A DNA stretch of 41,659 bases, taken from a virus. Taxonomy: Duplodnaviria > Caudoviricetes. The DNA lies in IMG/VR virus record IMGVR_UViG_3300011339_000216, positions 1 to 41,659 of that record. One strand, 5' to 3'. Made by a program: the position numbers and the translations under genes. The notes under the pieces were generated by a model. That model searched no databases and was not told the origin of the DNA. It was given only the letters and a program-made list of their open reading frames with translations. Each line of letters starts with the position of its first letter. Within the stretch, counting starts at the first letter, position 1. Shown here one piece after another: positions 35,724-41,659 of the stretch.

Positions 35724-36224
35724 TTACTCCGATATTTGTCTAAACGATACAATATTAAGTGGACATACATAATACCTTTCCAGCTTTTGCGTATTGGATG
35801 CAAGCACTTCCCTAACAAACCACTTGTCTTTGGTGTGGCTGGGAATGATGATTGCATGTGTCATTTCGCTATTAACCACTATGTATGCTTCGACCGTCCC
35901 CCAGTTTCGGTCAACAGTATTTATGTTCGACACAAAAACATCTTTGAAGGGGTAATCAAATCGGTTGGTGAAGTTCAATTTCTGTCTATGTTTTACTTCA
36001 AGTTTTAACCTCCCTTTTTCTCCGTCATTTACAAACAGATCACCATTATCAAAGTAATCTGCGGGGTCTCCGTCAGGGGGGCATATCCGTATGGCAGGGA
36101 TGTAAACTGATCTGCCATCACTATACATGTCACCCCTATGAACCCATTCAGCGACCCGAAAGACGGCAGCGCGTGATGACTTCAAACGGTCAACAAACGC
36201 ATCATAGTTTTCACTCACTGCCAT
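35724..36224 (-). CDS. Hypothetical protein, possibly PD-(D/E)xK nuclease fold
   Basis: ATG 36224 after ggag; DNGDL...LEVKH motif. Confidence 0.55.
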   Translation of the reverse strand: MAVSENYDAFVDRLKSSRAAVFRVAEWVHRGDMYSDGRSVYIPAIRICPPDGDPADYFDNGDLFVNDGEKGRLKLEVKHRQKLNFTNRFDYPFKDVFVSNINTVDRNWGTVEAYIVVNSEMTHAIIIPSHTKDKWFVREVLASNTQKLERYYVCPLNIVSFRQISE

Positions 36225-36579
36225 CTCTCCTGACCACCGTGCCGTCAAGACGCTTTTTCCACTTGGAGAAACGTCCTGCTGGCAGCGGGGTTTTAGACTG
36301 CTTCAGGCCAAGGTGGGCTTGCTTCCGGCGTTTAGCTTTGGCAGCCATTGAATGGTCCTGTTTGGTCTTCTCTGTGGCACAGCCCTTACAGGTGAGCCTG
36401 ATATTATCGTCGGTGTCGGAACCACCCATTTCTAAAGCGCGGACATGTTCAAAGATAAACTTGCCTGTAGTCAGCTTGATGCCACACTCCATGCACTTAC
36501 CTTTCTCACGCTCCCATATGCCCAGCTTGCGCTTGGCAGACAAGTTCCCGCGTTTGGTGGTTCCGACATCTTCAATCAT
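36211..36579 (-). CDS. HNH-type zinc-binding endonuclease (McrA-like)
   Basis: CMEC, FEHVRALEMGG, NIRLTCKGC..KT. Confidence 0.75.
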   Translation of the reverse strand: MIEDVGTTKRGNLSAKRKLGIWEREKGKCMECGIKLTTGKFIFEHVRALEMGGSDTDDNIRLTCKGCATEKTKQDHSMAAKAKRRKQAHLGLKQSKTPLPAGRFSKWKKRLDGTVVRRDGSE

Positions 36580-36899
36580 CAGAGTTTCATCTCGGCTCGT
36601 CTGGTTGCTTCATGGGATTGCCATTCATGGAATTGCATACGGATAAATTCCATCTGCACCTTTAGACGCGCAGCAGTGGTCCGCGCATCTACCATTGTCC
36701 TAATATACTCATGCCATTCGTCAGATGCCTTGACCGTCATTTCTGCACGGCTCACAGGCATGTCACCTAAGTCAGCCATGCGTTTGGCAAGGACAGACGT
36801 TTTGGTTTCTTCCAGCATGTTTGCCGCAGAGTCCGCATCAACCCATCTTTTGGCGACGATGCGAAACTTCTCAGAAATCATAAGGTCTTGGTCTGTCAT
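36579..36899 (-). CDS. Helical hypothetical protein of the recombination module
   Basis: AEMTVKAS.EW..Y motif; coiled coil; next to SSB. Confidence 0.65.
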   Translation of the reverse strand: MTDQDLMISEKFRIVAKRWVDADSAANMLEETKTSVLAKRMADLGDMPVSRAEMTVKASDEWHEYIRTMVDARTTAARLKVQMEFIRMQFHEWQSHEATRRAEMKL

Positions 36900-36907
36900 G
36901 TCACACC

Positions 36908-37162
36908 TCAGAAAGGAATGTCCGAATCATCAGGCACGTCACGGGCAGGGGCTTGCTTAGGCAGTTCCCTTGGCGCGTCTTTGCGCTGGAAGGTTTGGCC
37001 AAAATACTTTTTCCCTTCCTTGGTGCTGTTGACCCAAGCGGACTGCCAATATTCCACACCGTCAATCATGACAGTCCCCTTGAAGTCAGCATGTTTCTCT
37101 TCTTCTTTCTTTTCATTCCGCCACAGGGAGCCTGTGTTGTTCTTCATTTCGTAAGCCATCAT
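36908..37162 (-). CDS. Small single-stranded DNA-binding protein
   Basis: GSLWRNEKK...DFKG...IDGVEYWQSAW; acidic tail DDSDIPF. Confidence 0.7.
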   Translation of the reverse strand: MMAYEMKNNTGSLWRNEKKEEEKHADFKGTVMIDGVEYWQSAWVNSTKEGKKYFGQTFQRKDAPRELPKQAPARDVPDDSDIPF

Positions 37163-37776
37163 TTCACTCCGTAGGTTTTGTTAAGTTCATCAATCTTAGC
37201 ATCCAGTTCGGCAAGGAAGGTTGCGACCTCCTTGGTTATCTCCTGAATGTATGCTTCGTCCCGTGGCACACGCGCCATAAACAGTTGCATATGCTCGGGA
37301 AGCCGTGGGTCATACGACACAAAGTCGCACCACTTCCGTCCTGTGCAAGCCATCTGCCATTGCATCTGGGTGTTGTATTTGCTTGGCACGTTAGCCCCGA
37401 GCAGGGTGTCAATGTGAGTAGCTGTGATGGGGCATTTGATCTCCACCAGCCCGTCATCACCGACAAGGCCATCAGGGCTTGCTCCAGCCATTGTAAGGGT
37501 TGAGTGGGGGACAAAGCCCACCTCTGTCACAAGCACCCCCGCTGCCGCTTCATAGGCAGACCTAGCTTGTGGTTCGGTGGCTGTCCCCCACTCCATTGCT
37601 GCGTTCTTGTAGAAGTCCCCCCGACTTCCAGTCAGACGCTCGCAAATCAATTCGGCCATATAGTTGGCGCGTGAAGTGCTATAACCTGTTTTGGTTTTAG
37701 CAATAATGTCAGAAATCCGTGAGGCAGTGGCTTTGCCGAGGCGGGCTTTAAACCATTCTTCAGTTTGTTGTTCCAT
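37159..37776 (-). CDS. YqaJ / lambda-exonuclease family protein
   Basis: MEQQTEEWFKARLGKATAS, WGTATEP, GASPDG, EIKCP, QMQWQM, WCDFVSYDPR. Confidence 0.92.
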   Translation of the reverse strand: MEQQTEEWFKARLGKATASRISDIIAKTKTGYSTSRANYMAELICERLTGSRGDFYKNAAMEWGTATEPQARSAYEAAAGVLVTEVGFVPHSTLTMAGASPDGLVGDDGLVEIKCPITATHIDTLLGANVPSKYNTQMQWQMACTGRKWCDFVSYDPRLPEHMQLFMARVPRDEAYIQEITKEVATFLAELDAKIDELNKTYGVK

Positions 37777-37981
37777 GATATTTTTCCATTTTATCAATAT
37801 TGGGTTTAATGGCATCCATAACTTGATGCCCAATTAGCATAATTTTGTCCAAAGCGGCTTTCTGGGATATTTCCCCTAATTCAGCGGCAAGCCCTGCTTG
37901 GGCAATGCGTTGATAGCCCGAGACAAGCTGGACCATCATCGCAAGGTTCCGTAGGTCTGCTACGGTTGGCTCTCCTTCCAT
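37760..37981 (-). CDS. Hypothetical protein
   Basis: ATG 37981 right after the ERF stop. Confidence 0.55.
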   Translation of the reverse strand: MEGEPTVADLRNLAMMVQLVSGYQRIAQAGLAAELGEISQKAALDKIMLIGHQVMDAIKPNIDKMEKYHGTTN

Positions 37982-37982
37982 G

Positions 37983-38588
37983 TCACTCACCTTTCTTAGC
38001 ATTGGCGTTTTTCTTCAGGGTGGTGAGTTGCTCAGGGGAGAATGACTTACGTGTGTCCTCTGGCAAGCTGTTCCACCAGTCTGTCAAAGCCTGTGTGCCT
38101 TTGGTGGCCGCTTTCATGCCGTCAGCCAGAGCAACCCCAACAGCAAACGCCGCGTCAGCAGTCTTTGGCGGGACAGCCTTGGGTGGTGTGCGCTTGACCG
38201 AATCAACAGCAGCATTGCCGTCATCATCTTCTGTGGCAAGCGACAAGATGCTCATGATGGAATAACGCCGTGCATAGGTAATAGCCGAGCCAATGCCGTG
38301 TGCGTCATTCTTAGACGCTGGCATGAACAGGCTGGATTTAATGTATTGCCCAGATGAGTGCAGCAGCATTGTTTCCACTTCAACACCGCCGTCAACTGTC
38401 TTGGGAAGCTGAACCAGTGAAAGCCCGTGCTTTGCCATAGGCTCACGGATAACACCGCGCACAGCGGCAAGATCAGCGTATTTGGACTTGAAGTAAGGGT
38501 TTTCTGCTGCTTTGGCGGCGTCAAGGATTTCACCTTGTGCCTTGGAAAGCGCAGTCGCCAATTCGTTGATGTCGTCGGACATATTCAT
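37983..38588 (-). CDS. erf: ERF-family single-strand annealing recombinase
   Basis: NPYFKSKYADL, HGLSLVQ, LLHSSGQ, GSAITYARRYS, EDDDGN. Confidence 0.92.
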   Translation of the reverse strand: MNMSDDINELATALSKAQGEILDAAKAAENPYFKSKYADLAAVRGVIREPMAKHGLSLVQLPKTVDGGVEVETMLLHSSGQYIKSSLFMPASKNDAHGIGSAITYARRYSIMSILSLATEDDDGNAAVDSVKRTPPKAVPPKTADAAFAVGVALADGMKAATKGTQALTDWWNSLPEDTRKSFSPEQLTTLKKNANAKKGE

Positions 38589-38635
38589 GATGTATCTCCA
38601 TATTTATTAAATCCCCCGTTTGCTGGGGTGAATTG

Positions 38636-38664
38636 AATATGGGTTAAGCGGCTGAGATAGTCAA
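38636..38664 (-). promoter_or_regulatory. Leftward early promoter
   Basis: TTGACT-N17-CATATT on the minus strand upstream of erf. Confidence 0.6.
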
Positions 38665-38672
38665 GTCGGTTC

Positions 38673-38700
38673 TTGACAAATAAAATAATAAATTTATATT
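38673..38700 (+). promoter_or_regulatory. Rightward early promoter (leaderless geometry)
   Basis: TTGACA-N16-TATATT-N6-ATG; no SD. Confidence 0.65.
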
Positions 38701-38706
38701 GGCCTC

Positions 38707-38901
38707 ATGAGACATAACCGCACACCAGTCTTTTACGACATTTTCGCCGCTTATGGCAACGCCACCAAAACCGCCAAGGCTTTGGGGGTAACTAAGCAGT
38801 GTGTAGCTGCTTGGAAGGCCGTTCCATTAAAGCACCTTGCCAAGATTGCTGAAGATACAGGGATACCCCGTGAGAAACTAAGGCCAGACTTATATGGCTA
38901 G
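38707..38901 (+). CDS. Cro/YdaS-like HTH regulator
   Basis: GNATKTAKALGVTKQCVAAW..VP...IAEDTGIPREKLRPDLY. Confidence 0.8.
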   Translation: MRHNRTPVFYDIFAAYGNATKTAKALGVTKQCVAAWKAVPLKHLAKIAEDTGIPREKLRPDLYG

Positions 38902-39082
38902 GAAAGAGTGGGCCACGCCCGAATATGTTCTGAAGTGCTTTCGGAAGGGGTGTGACACGTTCATGATTGCAAAACTGCTTAATAGGTCAGAGGCACTCAT
39001 TCTGAACCTTTTGATAAGGGCCAAAGAGAATGAGCGGAAAAACGCTGGAACTGTCACTGGGGTTCCCCCCGTCCGTAAATAG
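38894..39082 (+). CDS. Small HTH-like protein
   Basis: FRKGCDTFMIAKLLNRSEA. Confidence 0.55.
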   Translation: MARKEWATPEYVLKCFRKGCDTFMIAKLLNRSEALILNLLIRAKENERKNAGTVTGVPPVRK

Positions 39083-39407
39083 GCTCTGGCGCGTTAGTAA
39101 GTCTGGGGGAATGTATCGGTCCCCTAAGTATGCTGAGTGGCGCAAGGTGACCTTATGGGAAGTGGCAGCACAAGCCCGCGCCAAGAAGATTAAGGGGGAA
39201 TACAAACTTACGGTCCACATGGTCAAGCCGGATAAGCGGCACAGGGATTTGGACAATGCTATCAAAGCCCTGAGTGACATTCTGGAAAGCAGCGGTGTTA
39301 TTGAAAACGACAAACTATGTCAGCATTTAGAAATGAAGTGGGTCAAAGACGGGCCACCATGCCGTGTCATAATACAGGAGATGAGCAATGAAGAACCTGA
39401 AGAATGA
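39030..39407 (+). CDS. rusA: RusA-like Holliday junction resolvase
   Basis: FPPSVNRLWR, PDKRHRDLDNAIKALSDIL, GVIEND. Confidence 0.9.
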   Translation: MSGKTLELSLGFPPSVNRLWRVSKSGGMYRSPKYAEWRKVTLWEVAAQARAKKIKGEYKLTVHMVKPDKRHRDLDNAIKALSDILESSGVIENDKLCQHLEMKWVKDGPPCRVIIQEMSNEEPEE

Positions 39408-40119
39408 AAAGTCTCAACTGTTTCGGTTGTCTAAAGAAGTATGGGACAGTTTTACATATGATGACATAATTGAAACTGCGAGAGCCATGCTTGAAATGAA
39501 AATTTTCAACCCGCCATTTGGTAGGTTTGAAGTAGAATGCCCTAAAGAAGTTTTTCTTGTATTTGCCGATATAGATGACCCTGATATTTTGGGGTCTTTG
39601 AAAAACGCTGTATTTTATTATGACTTAAGTAACTACAAGCAAAAAAATTATTATAAAATTAAAATGTATGGGATGAGGGTTGGCCTATTTAACGATATGA
39701 CCTTTGAACCTTGGAATACGCATGATCCAGAACTAGCAGACGCATTCCATGATTTCTATATGTTTGTTTTTTCAGCGTTACTTGTTGTTTTGGCATCAAA
39801 AAATGCCGTTAAAAAACAAGTGGAAAACACTCCAAAAGCCAAAAACCACCAGCAACGAGAAGACAGTAAGTCATATGCAACTACAACGACCATCAGGGTT
39901 GGCCATGTCACAGAATACATTGGCAACAAACCGGAAGGGTCTGGCAGGACTGTAAGAGCGCATTTGCGCCGAGGCCACATCAAGGGCGTCCGATTTGGTG
40001 AAGGGCGCAAAGAAATGAGAAAAGTTTTTATCCAGCCTTGCTTTGTTAATGCCGACAGAGATTGGGTGGCTGGCCCCCGTAAATCTTACAATGTGGTGGC
40101 AAATGGGAAAGCGTTCTGA
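39388..40119 (+). CDS. Hypothetical phage protein with HLRRGH motif
   Basis: VRAHLRRGHIK...RKVFIQPCFVN; AT-rich N-terminal half. Confidence 0.7.
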   Translation: MKNLKNEKSQLFRLSKEVWDSFTYDDIIETARAMLEMKIFNPPFGRFEVECPKEVFLVFADIDDPDILGSLKNAVFYYDLSNYKQKNYYKIKMYGMRVGLFNDMTFEPWNTHDPELADAFHDFYMFVFSALLVVLASKNAVKKQVENTPKAKNHQQREDSKSYATTTTIRVGHVTEYIGNKPEGSGRTVRAHLRRGHIKGVRFGEGRKEMRKVFIQPCFVNADRDWVAGPRKSYNVVANGKAF

Positions 40120-40633
40120 GTTTGAAAGGAAGAAGTTGGACTTCTACCCAACCCCACTTGCAGCGGTTAAGCCCTTGCTTGCCCACTTGCCGGAAGGCGT
40201 AAGGTTTTGTGAGCCGTGTGCTGGCGCGGGTGATCTAATCCGCCACCTACAGGGCTATGCGGTCTGCACAGGGGCTTATGATGTTGAACCACAGGTAGAT
40301 TGGATTGACAGGCTGGATGCGTCATTCCTGACCATTACAGACCTTAACGGGGCTAATTATGTCATAACAAACCCGCCTTGGGAGCGTGAGCCATTGCACC
40401 AAATCATAGACCGGTGTTCCATGCTGGCCCCCACTTGGTTGCTGTTTGATGCAGACTGGATGCACACGCGCCAGAGCAGTGCCTACATGGACATCTGTGC
40501 CAAGATTGTATCGGTTGGCAGGGTCAAATGGATTGCCGACAGTGAGGGGGCTGGCAAGGATAACTGTTGCTGGTATTTGTTTGATGCAACGCACAAAGGC
40601 CCAACAGAATTTTGGGGGAGATCAAATGTCTAA
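40103..40633 (+). CDS. Small SAM-dependent DNA amino-methyltransferase-like protein
   Basis: DFYPTP, motif I EPCAGAG, motif IV ITNPPW; ATG 40103. Confidence 0.75.
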   Translation: MGKRSEFERKKLDFYPTPLAAVKPLLAHLPEGVRFCEPCAGAGDLIRHLQGYAVCTGAYDVEPQVDWIDRLDASFLTITDLNGANYVITNPPWEREPLHQIIDRCSMLAPTWLLFDADWMHTRQSSAYMDICAKIVSVGRVKWIADSEGAGKDNCCWYLFDATHKGPTEFWGRSNV

Positions 40634-40850
40634 AATATCTTTGGATGACCAGATAGAAGCCTATGAGATAACGGTTGTTAACTACCGTGGATACACAGAT
40701 AACTTGCGCCATTTGGTAAAAAAGAAACAGCGGGAAGAAGTCTGGCTTAATATCGCAGAGGAACGGTATCCTAAAATGGTCGCTGGCCTTAACACGTTGA
40801 AATGGCTGAAGAAAAACGAAGACAAAATAAAATCTGCACTAACACCTTGA
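40626..40850 (+). CDS. Hypothetical protein
   Basis: SD ggggag before ATG 40626; MSKISLDDQIEA. Confidence 0.65.
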   Translation: MSKISLDDQIEAYEITVVNYRGYTDNLRHLVKKKQREEVWLNIAEERYPKMVAGLNTLKWLKKNEDKIKSALTP

Positions 40851-40888
40851 ATGTCAGATTGTCACCCTTATATATGTCATACTGTCAC
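40851..40888 (+). promoter_or_regulatory. Duplicated operator-like direct repeat
   Basis: atgtcagattgtcac (40851-40865) and atgtcatactgtcac (40874-40888) flanking a TATA-rich -10-like tract. Confidence 0.55.
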
Positions 40889-40903
40889 TAATAGGAGAGC
40901 GAA

Positions 40904-41086
40904 GTGAAGGAAAAGTTTGATGCTACAGAATACAGAGATTTGTCCACAAGGGTGTCACCGACTCATGCGGAGATTGCCAAATATTTCGGTGTGTCTGTAA
41001 GGACTGTCTATCGGTGGTATTACGGGGAAACAAAGGTTCCGGTTTCTGTGATTAAGGCGTTGAAACTTCTATTGAAAGAGCGATAA
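40904..41086 (+). CDS. Small HTH (XRE-like) regulator
   Basis: SD aggag, GTG start; THAEIAKYFGVSVRTVYRWYYGETKVP. Confidence 0.8.
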   Translation: MKEKFDATEYRDLSTRVSPTHAEIAKYFGVSVRTVYRWYYGETKVPVSVIKALKLLLKER

Positions 41087-41100
41087 TAGGTGCTATAAAT

Positions 41101-41176
41101 GAAAAGCCCCAACTGGCGGTCAACCAGTCGGGGCGAAGTTAAACGCATGGTAGGCTCATGCGCTTGGGAGTGAACG
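41101..41176 (-). ncRNA. Candidate counter-transcribed antisense RNA (~75 nt)
   Basis: Minus-strand TTGCGC-N17-TATATT (41211-41183) and terminator gccccgactgg-ttgaccg-ccagttggggc-tttt (41134-41102). Confidence 0.55.
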
Positions 41177-41238
41177 GATATAAATATATTCGGATTCATT
41201 CTAAGGCGCAAGCCCCCACTTGAACAGGGGTTACGCAT

Positions 41239-41553
41239 ATGTCTTTTCAAGCAATGACATGGGCTGTCAAACAGCCGCTTCCGGCCTATGAGAAGCTGAC
41301 GCTTTTAATTTTGGCAAACTATACAGACAATAAGCACCAATGTTTTCCGTCCGCTAAGAGGCTGTCGGAGGATACTGGCATGTCTATTTCGCAAGTGCGA
41401 AAGTGTATTATGACCCTCATTAGAAGGGGGGTTTTGAAGAAGAAAAAGCGGATGACTAAGCACGGCCATAGCAGCAATACCTACACCCTGAATGTCGAAA
41501 TTCATGTGGGTTCTGCCCTGAAGCCCATAGACGACGATGGCATAGAATTCTGA
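41239..41553 (+). CDS. HTH_36-type replication-initiator-like protein (short)
   Basis: MSFQAMTWA, KLTLLILANY, CFPSAKRLSEDTGMS, SNTYTL. Confidence 0.75.
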   Translation: MSFQAMTWAVKQPLPAYEKLTLLILANYTDNKHQCFPSAKRLSEDTGMSISQVRKCIMTLIRRGVLKKKKRMTKHGHSSNTYTLNVEIHVGSALKPIDDDGIEF

Positions 41554-41560
41554 GGAAAAG

Positions 41561-41604
41561 ATAGGGTGCTCTATTGGAGCATAGGGGTGCGCTAATAGAG
41601 CACC
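41561..41604. repeat. Iteron-like tandem palindromic repeats (candidate origin)
   Basis: atagggtgctctattggagc / ataggggtgcgctaatagagc; ggtgctctatt (41565-41575) is the exact reverse complement of aatagagcacc (41594-41604). Confidence 0.6.
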
Positions 41605-41659
41605 ATAACCTATCAGGTTAACCTAAGGAACGAGCCAAGAGGTAATAACTAGGAATCTA

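Noticed and set aside
40851-40888. Pho box
   Set aside because: TGTCA units are spaced 8 bp apart, not the 11-bp period of PhoB sites
1-41659. Alternative genetic code, tRNA genes, integrase/att sites
   Set aside because: Genes tile densely under code 11 using all three stops; no cloverleaf or recombinase motif recognised by eye

Overview
The window is a contiguous 41.7-kb piece of a tailed dsDNA bacteriophage genome with podovirus-like organisation. A GcrA homologue points to an alphaproteobacterial host. Bases 1-33.9k are a + strand virion region. It holds low-complexity and GG-motif proteins, a GroES-like co-chaperonin, a scaffold-like protein, auxiliary and major capsid proteins, adaptor/tail-tube-like proteins, several Thr/Gly-rich fibres, a lysis cassette with a GH108 endolysin, and large putative ejection proteins. 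Two free-standing homing endonuclease genes interrupt it. Bases 33.9-38.6k are a - strand early operon (GcrA-like, DUF6378-like, HNH, SSB, YqaJ/lambda-exonuclease, ERF recombinase). Bases 38.7-41.7k are a + strand operon (Cro-like, RusA, adenine MTase-like, HTH, replication-initiator-like gene followed by iteron-like repeats). No terminase, portal, integrase, tRNA or CRISPR array was recognised. The most unusual signals are: (1) a short x-[KA]-x-G-G tag repeated about 18 times in one 651-aa protein and reused in five other putative internal virion proteins; (2) a 1470-aa protein with two internal Peptidase_S74 self-cleaving domains, each followed by that tag; (3) several structured RNA leaders, including an interlocked double pseudoknot after the capsid gene and an SD-sequestering pseudoknot; (4) a candidate ~75-nt antisense RNA opposite the leader of the replication gene. 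All family calls come from motif recognition by eye, not from database searches.
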